Below are positions 1 through 14,086 of a stretch of DNA of 64,000 bases, in pieces. Source of the DNA: Anthoceros angustus (lineage: Eukaryota > Plantae > Anthocerotophyta); NCBI GenBank assembly GCA_010909165.1, contig MU008175.1, positions 124,001 through 188,000 of the forward strand, in the 5' to 3' direction. Position numbers and translations under genes: made by a program. Every line of letters starts with the position of its first letter. Within the stretch, counting starts at the first letter, position 1. The notes below the pieces were generated by a model, which worked only from the letters and a program-made list of their open reading frames with translations, ran no database searches and was not told where the DNA came from.

Positions 1-38
1 GTTTGAATCACATGATCTGACGTTTTCTGCCAATGCAG

Positions 39-344
39 GTGCCGGGATCTGTAGAGGTGGGAAGCGTGCAGGAAGCGGAGGCTCTGATGAAAGTGCAGGA
101 GGAAACCATTTACGGTCTAGGGCCGGGTGGTAATGTTCCTCTGAATGTGGAAGAGTCCGAGGAAGAGTCCTCTGAGGAAGAGGAAATCGAAGCTATTCAC
201 AACACAATACGAGGAGAAGCAGGTCCTGGTCGGGGAAGAGGTAGTGGCGGTCCGGGCAGAGGGAGGGGACGTGCATATGACAAGCATCATCAGAAAGATC
301 GTGCCTCCAAGAAACATTTCACCAGCCTAGGTGGTGGATATTAG
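39..344 (+). CDS. 3' terminal exon of an ASCC2-like (CUE-domain, ASC-1 complex subunit 2) gene
   Basis: Acceptor TTTTCTGCCAATGCAG ends at 38. The exon encodes VPGSVEV...ETIYGLGPGGNVPL, an acidic run, an RG-rich stretch and HHQKDRASKKHF, resembling the plant ASCC2 C-terminus (recalled similarity). Upstream exons lie outside the window. Confidence 0.7.
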   Translation: MPGSVEVGSVQEAEALMKVQEETIYGLGPGGNVPLNVEESEEESSEEEEIEAIHNTIRGEAGPGRGRGSGGPGRGRGRAYDKHHQKDRASKKHFTSLGGGY

Positions 345-1136
345 TCGTGTGGCTACATTTGAGCGCTTTCCGGGGCGTCTGCATCGACGCATGGTTGTCG
401 GAGGTGAGGTTCTTTTATTGTGCGAACAGATCTGGAATGGCTTTCTTTCAACATTGACAACTTTGACAGGCATCTTCATGCCTCACCATGACTGGTAGTG
501 TCCGAGTCGTCAAGCTTGTTCTTTGAACCTGAGTGGTAGAGTTCTCGATGCTGGTCAGATGGTTTGCAGGAGTAGAGCTCTTGGAATACCTTTGTTTTAG
601 CAATTTAACTTACGGTGTTCTGGATGATGCAGATGGACCGTCCCTCTTGCATTGTTATTGTTGTTGCTATTGTTGTAGCAAAACAGGAGTTGCCAAGCCA
701 TTGGTGTTCATGTCGCGATGCATGCACAGCTGCTGCTGCCCATCGCTTATGCTCTATCGATGCATCTGCAGCTACTTCCAATTGTTGTCGCTCTGATGCT
801 ACATGCGCAGCTGCTGCCCCTTGCTGTTGCTGTAGCAATGGATGCGTACTATTGCTGCCGAAATCTGTTTTGATACAGCAACTGCTGCCCATCGTTGTTG
901 TTGTTGTTGTTGTTGTAGCAATGCAGCTGCTGCCGCCCAGATATTTCTCCAACCTAACAACTGGACAACGTCTTCTGAACTGGACAAATTTTGAATGCTC
1001 GGCTGGGTAGAAGTGGAACACACCAGAAAACAATCCTACTTTGTTGGTTCTTTTTCTTGTTATGTCTTCCCTTGCGGTACTTCAATGTTATGGCCTCCAT
1101 TCAATGCTCCGCTGTGGAAGACGCGCATGTCACGTA

Positions 1137-1664
1137 CAGTCCACCCCCCCTAATTGGGACTGGTTCGGAGTGCCTTTAGAGGTCCCATTAAGGGAAGTGT
1201 CCCGATTGTATTTTTCCTGTTTAAAAATAATAAAAATGTTATAAACTTTAAAAAAATTGAAAAATACTCAAAAAAAAAGAAAATTTAAATTTTGATTGAT
1301 AGGTTTCACTAAAATTAATTTTACCAGTTCTTTATACAATTGTTTGAAAGCTAGCACTCTCTAAGCAGCATAAAAACCTCTACCTATCATAAAGGAAAAG
1401 CTTAGCTTAAGAGTCTTCAATCACACCTAAAAGTCTATTGTGCTCTCAAATAATGGATTCTTTTTCTTTCTTTTTAAATTTTTAGTAAAAATTAAAAATC
1501 CCATTTAGGAGGTGAAACTAACATGAATGTATGTTTCAAAAGGTCCCAATTACCATTTAGGAAAAGTCCCATTTATTACATTGTAAACTAAAGGGAGTAG
1601 GATGGCAGGTCCCATTTAGAGAGGAATCCCATTTATAGAATTCCCAATTAGGGGGGGCCGACTG
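1137..1664. mobile_element. Tc1/mariner (pogo-like) MITE, 528 bp
   Basis: TIRs CAGTCCACCCCCCCTAATTGGGA / TCCCAATTAGGGGGGGCCGACTG; TA on both sides (1135-36, 1665-66); AT-rich non-coding interior with repeated TCCCATTTA sub-terminal motifs. Confidence 0.9.
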
Positions 1665-2135
1665 TATGTGTCTCTGACGAGGAGCCTGTCCTCCTCCGGC
1701 AGCACCTGCATACATGTGTACTTAGAAGGCCCCTTGTCTGGGTACGTGGAAATTAGTACAGGTTAAATCACTGGCACACCAGAAGTAAAGTGTCAAGGTG
1801 TGGCCAAGAGTTCACATCATTGGTAAACTAGAAGCAAAGTGTGAGTTCTGAGGTGGCCTCTTTCTTTGGTGCCTCCGACTCCTTTGTGAGCCATCCCCTA
1901 CGGCTCTGGCTAATTTGCATTTTCATTCTGAACAGAATTTGGGCAACCTATGAAACTCAACTTCCGGACCTGTAGAACGTTTGTATTTCCTTCTATACAG
2001 AATCTAGGCAATCTAAGAAACTCTACGTCCGGATTTTCTATCATTTTTTATTAGATATTCTTCTGCTTGTGCCCCCATCCCGGTTTGATGCTTTTTGTAT
2101 GTGAGTCCCTAAGTACAAACTTGAGAATTTACAAT

Positions 2136-4948
2136 GGAAAAGGGAAAATAAGATTTTATTATAAAAAAGAGATGGGAAAAACCCATCTACCCCAAAAACA
2201 AAGGAGGAAAAACCCAACGAAGAGCACCATGCCAGGGGGACTAGCCCCCACGATCACACATTTCAAAACTACCAACCGCCCGAAGAACTTCGTGGTTAGA
2301 GATGTGAAAAGGCCTACTTACCACCGGTGTCGAAGAAGTTGCATCTCCTGTCGCGCTCGCTGTCATTTTGTACACTGCGTTGGCCAACACCCTCTGCAGA
2401 GCGATGGAAACCCTCTGCCGGAAGAAAGTAACAATACAAGAAAGGGGGAGGCTAATATTCTTGCGGCTATGATAAGCCTTGGCGCAGGCCTTGACGAACC
2501 TAGAGAAATCCTTGCCCATGGCTCCGTGAGTCTCAATGGCAAGGGGGACGAAGGCGTGGCCATCCTTCATAGGAGAATACTTGTGGACCTTAGCCGTCGC
2601 GCATCCCTCCGCCGCCCAACCTGGAGGGTTAAGAATAACATGTTCACCGACACTGTCCCGGGTGGGATCGGTTACAACCACATCAGCAACCGAAACTTGA
2701 TCCCCTTGGGTCAAAAATAGATCTGCCCTAAGCGAAACCCCGTTGAGCAGGATGTAAGGGCATTCCCTAAATGGAAGGAACCCGCCTTCCCTAGCAATAG
2801 AGAACATGACGTCCCAGACGGCGTCATGCGTAGCGATACGCTGCCCACCCGCGGGACAGCGAGCCAAGTGCGTCCCAAAGTCATCGAGAGGGGCCCTGCA
2901 GCTGCAAGTTGAAAGAGAGCAAGCCAGAGGATGGACCAAGCCAAGGCGAAAACGCATCGCGATGGAAAAAGTTGCTGGTGCGATACGTAACGCCTGAATA
3001 TTGGGTCGAGCCAAAAGCTAGGAACCTGCCCCCTTCCCCGAGCAAGAGCGGAGACGAGCCCGAGTGGGCTTAGGAATGGAGGAATCCCGGAGGAGGGCCA
3101 ACTGCACCTGCCCGTACTTTTTCTCCAAGAGGGACGCCTGAAGCCCCCGGAGCCCAACCTCGGGAAGCGAGGAAAAACACGGCATGGCAGCCCTCGCCTC
3201 GGAGGATAAAGTCCACGGCTAATCTTAACGAGGCCTGCATGGGAAAAGTCCCCTCCTCAACGCCCGCGACAAAAGCCTCCAGGATATGTGAATGCCGAAT
3301 TAAGAAACGAGAGGACAAGATGGGCGTAGAGAGCCCAGCCTTACAGGCCAGCCGGAGGCCTTCATGGCCAGCAAACCAGTGCCCCCCAAAGCGACGGGAA
3401 GGAGCGCCTGCCGCTTTGCAAGATCCCCAACCACACACTCGAAGGTGCCTGGGCCGATGATGTCACCTAAAAGCTGCATAAGCCGCTTGTCTTAAAGCTC
3501 TTCCGCCTCGATTTGAAGGTCAAAATCATTAAGTGCAAGGTTTGGTCTCCCTCTGGCGTTGTGCCTTTTCTTCGGTATCCAAAGGGAGATATTGCTTCTC
3601 CGCCGGGCTTCGGGTTCTTGGTGTCCCAATTGGGTCTCCTGCCTTCACCCAAGATTATGTGGATGCAGCTTTGGCTGAGGATTTGGCACATATCGACGAC
3701 CTTTCTCAACTGGGAGACCCGCAAGTAGCATTTGGGATCCTCTCCTTTTGTTTTGCGCGCCGACCAGGGTACCTTCTCCGAACGGTTGCCCCCTCCCCCG
3801 TTTTCTTATCTAGCCTAAGGAATTGAAGCGAAGAAATCAGACTCCACCTTAACCTTGTCTCCAGGCCCGAGGATATCGGTATCGTTGGCCACAGACGGAT
3901 ACAAACATTCCCACACCGAAGAGGCAATTGGAGACAAAGCCCTGAAATGTGCCATGGCAAAGAGAGCACCCCCTAGAGGCTCACCTTGCCTAGTGCCCAT
4001 CACCGAGCTCAGCACAGAAACCCCTCAAGAACCGCCTCCACCCCAAAAGCCACAAACTCGCAGCCCCCCGACGTAGCAATCCCAAGCTGATGAGGACTAA
4101 GATGGGCCTAGAACTGCTCCCGGAGCTGGATGGCAATACTACGGCCAATAAGCCGCAGGAACGCCTCCTCGACAGCAATAGGGCACACCCCTAGGATGGG
4201 CTTCTCCATCGCCAACAACCTGCTCGCACCCAATACTTGAGAGATCTGAGGAGGAGTCTCTCCCCTCGCCACAGCGGTAGCCAGAAGAAACAGCTTGGAA
4301 AAACCGCTAGAAGGATCCTCAGCAGTAAAATGGTCTCGAAGGTGGTCATAGACCGTTCCAAACAGGCCACCCGAAGAGAGGCGCAGGGCAGTGGTTAAGG
4401 CCTAACTGAAGATGGCTCTGTCAAGACAGAAGAGCTCCCCCAGGACGAAGTCCCGAATATCCTGCGAAGTGGAGCTCCTTGGACTCGGATGAAGGGCACG
4501 AAGAGCAACAATGGTCTCCTTGGAGGCAGCCGCTACCGGCACCGGGCGAAGAGCCCGAGCCGTCCTAGCATACTCCCCAGCGCGACCCAATAGGAGGCAC
4601 CGTTTGAGACGCGCCTTTGCAGGGTCCGGACGAACCCAATCCACCTTCGCAGAATCCAACAAAGACCTCGCGGCGCGCCCGGCCTCCTCTTGCAAAAGCT
4701 CGCAATCCCCCGCCCGGAAACGATGAAGACGGGAGGCGACCTCCCGATGCCCGAAAAAAACCACTATGGGAGCGACGGAGACACCACCGAAGGAGAAATA
4801 GGAACAATGCCCAGGCAGCCTCATTCCCCGGGTCCTGTGCGAGGCGGTCCAAGGGAAGGCGATAGTAAGGCGACGTCACTCCTGGGAGCGGACTGGAAGG
4901 CAGCATAAAGCTCAAGATGATCAGAGTGCCCCTAAAGCAATAGCCAAT
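2136..4948 (-). mobile_element. CRE-like (RLE-type) non-LTR retrotransposon, 5'-truncated and decayed, with an internal inversion
   Basis: RT motifs GEYAR..ALRALHP, VRPIAV and GTRQGEPLGGALF..ANDTDILG. C-terminal CxC..H..C..HD, RADL..DVVV, KVHKY, FVPLAIETHG restriction-like endonuclease (ORF 2241-3014). 11-bp direct repeat GAATTTACAAT at 2125-2135 and 4949-4959 as TSD. Confidence 0.85.
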
Positions 4949-5130
4949 GAATTTACAATAAGAACTTGAGAATTTTTTTCTTTACTATAATCCTTGAGGT
5001 CTCCCTTGATGTCTTTGAGTAGATGAGTTCACCCATCTCCATTTTACTTGAATTTACAATATAAATAGTTTACAGTTTATAAGCTTTCTCCATGTTGTTC
5101 TATTTGATGATGGTAGCTCAATTCCTCTAG

Positions 5131-5228
5131 AATAAGAAGAAGAAGAATTTTATTTAAGTCCACTAAGGACGGATTTCCGCCATGGGACTTGGTACTTAAC
5201 AACTTGTACCATGGTGTGCCTAAGCTAC
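5131..5228 (-). repeat. 3' tail of a dispersed SINE/LINE-like repeat ending in (TTC)n
   Basis: Reverse complement matches 60942-61038; the terminal TAGTGGACTTAAATAAA-TTCTTCTT also occurs at 49933-49970. Confidence 0.65.
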
Positions 5229-5830
5229 TAACCCAAAAGCACAAGTTCGCATAGGAACAAAATCGGAAAATAATTTTATTTTTCTATGATTTAATGAGTT
5301 ATTATTTTGATTTTTATTTTATATTATATATTTTATTTTATACAATTAGTTTTATTTATTATATGATTACATATTTTTAAATTTATGGGTCTAAATTTTT
5401 TCTATAATTTTATGAGCTAATATCTTTATTTTATTTTATGTTATCTCTTTTATTTTATATAATTATATCGAGGTTTTATATGATTATATATTTTTAATTT
5501 ATGGGTTTAACTTTTTTGTTCTCTTAATCATCATATAGCCCTATGAATAAACAAGTCACTCATATATAGATCAATAAAATTCATTTAATGCACCTCAAGA
5601 CTACCTTTCATCTATCCATAAATAAATTTGAGCTAATCATTTCCTATTAAAAATAAATTAAAAGTAGTTGTGAAAGTAAGTAGCTACATGAAAAGAGAGT
5701 TATAAGATTAGTCCCTTATAGGTATATTCAAGTAGAGGAGCTTTTCAATATTGTACTTAATTATTTAATAACCCTGAGACTCTGAGTATTTTGGCATTTA
5801 TGGTATGAGTTAACCTTATCAGTCTACAAG

Positions 5831-8800
5831 GTGGTAGCTCCCTGCACTTTTGATGCAAGGCACAATGAAACCTATTGTTGCAATCAAGAAGAAGAAGTAA
5901 GCTTTATATCCCTGTACTTTATTGATGTTGTGGATAAAAATTTCATTTTAATGGATAATACTTTTCCGTATATCTTACTTTCTCCAACTCATTGGACTAG
6001 GCTCCAAGAACTTAATAGTAAACTCTTGGAAAAGGCTTCTAATTATGCCAAAAGTACGGAAGTGTCCTTAAATCAATCTCAAAGATTCCAAGTACCTAGC
6101 AAGATCATATTTGCAAACGAATGTACACCTAAAATAGACAGTGATGTAATGATAGCACCCAATGGAAGTACAATAAACAAAGAAGAATTCAAAAAGCAGG
6201 GCGATTTGACTACAAGCACATTCCATCCAAAGTTGGAAGCAAATTCTGCAGAAGATAGCAAAGCATATCTAAATGTAATTTGTCCTTTGAAAACTACATC
6301 CAAGAATAGCTCATTTCATGGTGGATCAAAACGAGTTGAAAATTGTTCACAACAAGGATCAATTGGGAAAACTATGAGTATGTCGCATAGTAGAGAATCT
6401 GTAACAGATGGCAAAAAGTTAAAAAGTGCAGAAATCGATGACTGGATTAAAAGTCAGTTTGAATTGGGAGAAGAAGATTCCGCTATCATAAACAATGAAA
6501 CGATAAAAGATTCAAATGAATTCTTCAATATCCAATCAAGGCAAGACCTTTCTAATTGCACCAAATATGATGGAAAGAAGAGCAAATATCATCTCAAGAA
6601 AGGCACTTCAGATGGAGAAGAGCATACAACTTCACAAAACATGATAGATACTAGAAAGAAAATTAGAAATTGTTTGGAAGCAAAAGTTCCAAGCAAAACT
6701 ACACCAGCCGTGTTATCAAGACGAATTGGACATACAGGGCATCAAAGTTTATCCAATATAAATAATGATAAACTAAATGCTACATCTAAGCTTAGAGAAG
6801 GAGAAGAAAATATTGGTATTCTTGGAGCTGATCCAACAAATATTGGCCTAGTACACAAGGAATCGATTGTTCCGTCAAGCGAGGAAGAAGCAAAATACTT
6901 ATTTAAAAGCTCGGTGGCATCAATATGTAGTGATGAGGATGGTGATTTGGAATTGGACAACACAAAAGTTCATGAGCTTGTAGATTCTTCCAATCTTCCA
7001 ATGCAAGATGTACAAATGGGAATAATGCAAGAAATTGGTTCTCAGGATAGTGCAGTTTTGGGAAAAATCTATGACACACGGGATATTCAAATATTAAACA
7101 GTGACACATCTAAGATCAGAGTATCCTTAGATGCCCCAATGCTTTTCAAATCAGCCGTTGCATCAATTTGCAGTGACATAAGTGATGAATTGGATGAGGA
7201 TGAGCAATATCTAGATGTGCTAGTAGAACGAGATGAAGTTCAAACTAAGAAAATTAAAGCAAACATTAAACCAATACTGAACACAAAGTTTTTAAATGAT
7301 TATGCTCATGAAAAAACCAAAATTTTATGTAATATGAATGAAAGTTTATCTTCATCTTTGGGTAAAGAAATAAAATATTTGGAGTCCAACAATAATTTTG
7401 ATGAAACTCTTGACGGTAAGTAGTTATTTGAATTTATTGATTCTATTATTTTTTATATTTATGTTAGTTTTTTTCATGTATAATATGTCAACACAACCAA
7501 TTTGACATCTTTCAATTCTAAAGGTATTCATGGATCAAAAGAACTAGCAGAACTCCCATTCAACACTTTGGAGAAAGATTACGAAATGAGGGGTTCATCA
7601 AGTTCAATAATTATTGATGACGACGAAAGGAATGAAGTTATGTCTTATGTCAGTCATGAAGAGAACCACAACCATCTTTTTCAAAGTTATTCACATCCCT
7701 AAAATCTTCAAGGTTATATGATGAAAACTATGTGAAAGTATTTATATTTTTAAAACCCATTGGATATAAATAAGTGTATCATTACACATATAATAACAAC
7801 TTTCTTGATTCCTTGACTTAATCAGTAAATCTCATGGCTTAATTTCTAGCTTAACTCAGGTGATACAAAAAGAGGAGAAACAAAATTATGTGAAGTGCAT
7901 GCACAAAATATCCACACTAAGTCTTTAGAGACTATTGACGAATCAAACCAAAACTTCACTCAAATAAAAGTTGTGGTTCCCGGTAGTGTTGAGGTCAATG
8001 ATGGACCTCTCCACAACTTCACTCAAACAAAAGATGTGTGTCAAGGTATTGCAGAGAACTATGTACTTGAAACCTTGGAAAATTCTCGTGAACTTGATCT
8101 GTTTACAGCAAAGAAAATATTCAATGAATCAATGGAGTCGTTTTCTTCAAATATGCTCAAAGAGAACAATCTTACAAATATAGAAAACCATGAGAAAACT
8201 CAAGCACTATTTAGAAAATCATTGTCTTCACTTTGTTCAAATTTTCTTACAGAAGGTCAAGAAACTATAAGGAATGTGAATATAGTGTTGAAAGATTTAA
8301 GCTATCAAGATGAGTCATATGTGGCTAGAAATGTTGACAAACATTATAGTCACTTGCAATACGATCATGACTACCACAATGAAAATGACTTTGATAAATT
8401 AAATGCGGAGCAAGATGAGTTACGGGTGGCAAAAAATATTGATGAAAATTATAAAACTTTTCAGAATGATCATGGCTCCCACGATGAGTGTAATTTTCAT
8501 GAACTAGATTCAGAACAAATACAACTACTGAACATTAGCTCACAATGTGGAACTGGAAATGTTCTTAGTAGAGATATGAAAGAACCTTTTGTACAACCAA
8601 ATATGTCTCTGGGAAATGACGAAGCTAATAATCGTCCCAAGGAATCAAGGAATAAGAACATTGTGCACAGCCTGGAAGATACAACTTTGCTTGGCAAACT
8701 CTGGGTATCTGACGAAGAAAATTGCAACATGAACATCGAAAATAAAAAACTCAATGTGCTCATTAATGAAAATATTCCATGTGATGGAACTTTTATACAA

Positions 8801-9540
8801 TTAAGTACTACATCAAGTTTCAAATTAGATCTTCCTCATCTATCGAATAAATGTGATTCCACACGAACTTTCAAAAGTTCTGAAGATGTGGATAGTATTC
8901 CCATCTTATTTTCAAATAGAAGTTCATGCCCTGAGTCAATGAAAAATGCTACACTTCAAAATGATGTGGATGATGCCATATGTGATGAATTCTGGCATGA
9001 CATGAAAATGATTGTACAAAAACGTTGTAGCATATCAACGCCACATCTCGATCCCAGGATGAATACAAATGCAAAAGTTGATGAAGAATTCCTACAAGGT
9101 CCAAGTCTTTCTCAACAAAACGATGACTTATCTCTCATAAGAACAGAAGAAAACAAATTTGAAATTGAGTATCAGGTTTGTTTTCTTTGGAAGATATTAA
9201 TATATTTTAATTTATAATCATTTTAATTTAAATATTAATTATTTATCAAACTTAATTCTAGGATTATATGACGCCATTGACAACATTGTCCATGAAAATT
9301 ACGCCTAAGTAAGCAGATATATTTTATATTAGAATTTATGTAATTTTTTATCAACTAATAAACCCCTCTAATTCTTAAGGTACTCACATTGTCACTCATT
9401 TTGTCTATGTGCAGCACAAGACAACCTGTGGAAAATGCACAAATAGAAGAGGAAGATCCTCAACTTGATGTAGGAGTTGGTATTTCAAGGCTCATTAATA
9501 AAGAGTTTTGTAATCCTAATATTCTTAACTTTCTAAGGTA
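5831..9540 (+). CDS. AT-rich multi-exon gene or pseudogene of unknown function; acidic N/K/E/S-rich protein with internal repeats
   Basis: ORFs of 530 and 440 aa. In-frame phase-1 intron 7416-7523 (GTAAG...AAG); further acceptor at 7859, donor at 9176 and acceptors near 9261 and 9414. An in-frame stop at 7700-7702 suggests decay or a different splice. No family recognised. Confidence 0.5.
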
Positions 9541-12500
9541 TATTAATTAATCTTTTTATTTTTTACTATAATATATTTCTTATATTTCTTATAGTACTAT
9601 CAATCAATCAATTTCAATGCTCAAAAATTTTAAAATAAAAATCAATAAAAATATTTTGATATTTTAAATTTTGATTCTCTATATTCTCTAATGCCTAACT
9701 AGCACAGGAGAGAGAGGTTATCCAGAAAACGGGAAAATTCTCTGAAACGAACCATAGATAATCTAGATCATCTAGTGCCTCCACATAAAAGCAAAAGTGT
9801 ATACATATATCGAAATATTAAGCTAGGACCAAATGCCCGCTACTTCACACTTTCTGTAAGTAAACAAACCATACTCTTCAGTTCTCAGGAAGAGTAGATT
9901 CAACACGCGCTGTACTCAACATTCTGGGCTGATTGGACCGTCAGGAGGCTGAAGAAGCCTTGGTGGACGAAATCTTGTCACAACCAGATTTCGACGATGA
10001 TGCCAATGATGGCAGCAGTAGGGCTTCACAATCCACGGTGATCTCATGCCTCACATCTTCCTACTTCACCTTTCCCTCGTTCCATCATGAACGGCGATAA
10101 CATATGTGTGAATAGCAGGCTTTCGAGGTGGAGGGAGAAGAGGCGGAACGCTTGGCCGAGATTGATGCAAAACTGGAGCAGTACCGGCAACAAAGTTTGT
10201 GGAAAGATGAAGGTTTTGTGAGGAAGCTCTTCTGCTGCTTGCGTTGCTCATCGGTGATTTTCCCATTGTCAGCAAAGTTGTCTTATGTGTAACTTGCACA
10301 CCGTCCACCTCCACAGTGAAGGAGAAGGGAAGGAACAATCTGGCGCAGGACGCAGAAAACAGCTCCTCAAACGGCAGCTCAAAGAATCACAACACAGTTG
10401 CAAAGGCCTCCTCTTTGGCTTCCATGAGATCTGCCGTTGCAGACTATTTGACTGAAAGCAGGGAACGGAGGGAGTACCAGGCTAAGGCAGAGGTGAGACG
10501 GGATACCAACTGAGGCAAAGGTGGATTTACAGCATTGGCTCTTGTACTCCTCTCTTTGCAGCGTTAGGTCACCTCACCTCCCAGGCATGTGCAGGAGATT
10601 GATCGACGGATACGAGATATACATACATCCGCTTTGCCTCTGCCGATACCGAAGGAGGAGCTCGTTAAGCTTGTAATCAACCTCAGTATACTTGGAAGAA
10701 CTTTTACCTGCATCCTTTCCTTCTGGAAGTTGTGTCTACGTTCTAATTTGGATGGTGGAATCAGATCTCGGATTCAAGGAGGGAGCAACAGGTGGTGGTC
10801 AGGGAGCATATTGAGAAATCAGAGCACCCGCCAACCCTACCCTAGCAGGTAGCAAAGGTCTTGCAGAGAGGTTGGGTACACCTGGGGTCAGGAAGAGCAA
10901 GGTACAGTCCTTCACAAGGTCACGAGCAGATATGTGACATACGGCACCGAGCAGCACTAGAGCCACAGGTATTCCCACCTTCATTGAGTTTGGCAAATCA
11001 ACCTGCCATTTCTCGATCACACCTTTTTGCCTGGGAACTCTACTTGCCTCTAAGGTTCCAAAAGTCATTCTTAACTTTCAGACTTCATGAGAACCATGGC
11101 TCCAGCCTCCAGACAGAAATACTTGTCTCCGCTGGAAAAAGAGCCACAATGCTACCTGAAGCCGGTGAAACGAGAACCTCTGTACATCTGAAAATTTAAC
11201 ACCACAGCTCGACTGACTGTCTAAGAGGACATTACGTGCTAGACTTGGGCCCCCATAATGCAGACTGCAGAAGAAGTAAACACTGTTAGAAAATGTTCAA
11301 TTTAGTATATTTTGTTCTTCATGTCAAGACACAAACGTCGATACACATCCTAAGTAGGTACTTAGTGTTTTTTTAGAGTTTTTCAAGAGTTCTTTTTAGA
11401 GAATTTGAAGTACTGTTCGGTTGTCACAATAATAGGCTTCAGATTTATTTACTTCACTCCACTTTGTAACCCCAAATAGGGATTAATTGCTCTATCAAAT
11501 TGAACCAAAAAGCCTTGCCCGTGCCTTGCCGCGTCTCGTGGCCAAACTATGTAGAGTACTTAGGAACCAAACCCTTGAAGTCCTCAATTCTGAGCATAGG
11601 TTTAAATCCTCGGACAAAACAGAGCACAAACATATCACTCTAATTTTTACAGAAAGAAGGGATAATTCTATCTACTTTTTGGACATTGGAGGAACATCAC
11701 GGATATGAAAATGATGAGTTAGGTAGGCCACCACCATGGGGAGGGAGGCTACTGCGTTGTACCCTTGGAGTGGAGATTATCTTGTGGCTCCCAGCGCTCG
11801 TTACTCACCATGATGAGGTGACCGACCTAAGTGCCGGGATCTGTGTATCAGCTATCGGTCGAGTCAAGAAGATTATGTCAGGCAGCCCTGCCTAACATAA
11901 TCCTTTCGCAGCATAATATATTCGCAAGACCTCGTTTCCACAAGCATTTGCTTATCTCTTGCTGTGCATTTTTTGCATCAAATAGGATTGCAGTTGTTTA
12001 GGTGAGCACACTATTGTTCTGAGTATTTTGCAAGGATCTTAGAGTTTGTTTCTTGCTTATATGTTAGCAAGAATTGTTCTCTTGCTTAATTTTCGTGCTG
12101 GTTATAAGTCTTTGAGCATTCATAACCTTCCCTATTTCAATTGTAACTCTAATTGTCAGCCATCATCTTTCTACCGTTATATGATTGTAATCAGAACTAC
12201 TGGTCTTGAGATTTCCTCTTTCGAAAAGGGGTGCCAAGGTATGGCTATTTTCACTAGAATGACGTTTATAAGGATTTTGTGTAGAGCTGTATACCATAAA
12301 TGAGAGGACCGATAATCACCTATAATGGTTCCAGTATTAAATCGAGGAGATAGGCTATAAATAGACTATCGGGTACTTGAGGCAGTACTTTATGCACTCA
12401 AACCATCAAATTTAGTATGACAATAATACCACACATCTCTCTCTTCACTAGCTATAAAAAATCAAATCAAACTTCAATTTGCATAGTGAGAACTCGTCTA

Positions 12501-14086
12501 CATGTTTAATTGAAAAAATATTTAATAAGTTCCTCCAAGCATTATAACAACAAAGTTGTAATTAATGAGCAACAAAGCACATCTTCACAAGTGCATGAGG
12601 ATAACTGAGTTGGGAAAGCACGCGGGAGGGATCCCTCCGGAGTTGGTCATGAGGGCGTTGGCCTCCCTCACGAAAGGATGCTTGGCAACTGCCACGTACA
12701 TGTCTGCTTCTGCCCTAGCCGTTGTACAACTGATGGACCACCGATTTGTGTTGTAGAGGCATCCCTTTCATTTGTTTGGCTATAGGAATCAAGTGGTTTT
12801 ACTAATCCGCAAGAATTGTAGAGCAGTTCAAGATGCCATGTGCTTCATCTCCTCTGATAGCACGCTTGGGCATCGAGTGGCTATAAGAGTGGTCATTTAT
12901 GCTACCCCCTGTCAGCATCGGGAATCCTCATGTATTTCGTACTTTTTGTAGCATACTCATCTGATCACCCTGGTGCACGAACTCAAGCGTCGCTCGTATT
13001 GACAATTTGGTCAGGAAGAAAGGTTGATTGTGCATGAGCTCATCAGACTGTGTGTCCGACAACGCAGCCTGCAACTTTCTGCATCAATCCCAAAGGTCCA
13101 CGCTCTTCTTCCGTAGCTGGATGCTATCTTCATACATGGATCGCATCCACTGGGACAAGGCCTAGTCGGATGTCACATGGTGGGGACCGAATCGTCTCAT
13201 TGTGGAAGCTAACAGCTTGCTTCGCCACACTCCGCCTTTTCGTTTTTCCATATTGATGCCTTAGCCCTGGTAAACAATAGTTTGAAGATGCAGTAACTAT
13301 TTCAAGAACGGCTTATCTGACCTGGTCCTGTTCAGTTTCTGCGTGTTAGTCATGATGGAGAATTGCGGGATATTTGACCAAATCCCACAAGCATGGATTG
13401 CCTAGAAAACAAGAGTGAACATGCTTGAGGGAGCGAGGCATTCAAGTTGAAGAATAAATTAATTAAGAGTAGAAAAAAATTGTATTTATATGAAGTTCAA
13501 CTAAACCTAAATAATATTGGATGAATTAACCCTATAGATTATACAGGTTATACATAACTAAGAAGGTTATCCGAACACTCCCACTTAACCTGGAAGGATT
13601 ATAAAAGATAATAATAATAATCAGTAGAAGGCGTGATGACGCTGAATGAGTCCGTCTTCTCGAGTGTGCAGAATCGTACAAACATCATGCTTACAACGGG
13701 AGTGGAGACCGAAGTAATGACCAGCCAAAATATCCTTGTGATGATAATCACAGCTGCCGCCTTGGTTGTGATACTCGCTGCGGTGCAGAAGATGGCTAGA
13801 TTAAAGAGCCATAGACCGACAAAACGGCAGAAGAGGATATAGGAAATTGGAACTGGGGGTATGGAGAACAGGAACAACTCAGATGACAAGCCAATGTGGG
13901 ACGCCCGTCCTGGTTATGGCTTCCCAGCTCCGGAGCATGGCGAACAACCCTCTACGAGCAAGAAGCACCGCCCTACAAATGTAGACAAAAACATCGTATG
14001 GCACCTACAAGCTACCTTGGACAAGTGCATAGAACTTGAGGAGCTTCTGAAATCAGCAAGGGAAAGGGAGGAAGAGTGAAGACACT

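Noticed and set aside
600-1033. Poly-Q/poly-T/poly-V ORFs
   Set aside because: Driven by (TTG)n and (CTG)n low complexity; no consistent frame or motif.
9900-14080. Scattered coding-like fragments
   Set aside because: Many stops and no recognisable motif; probably old TE debris but not assignable.
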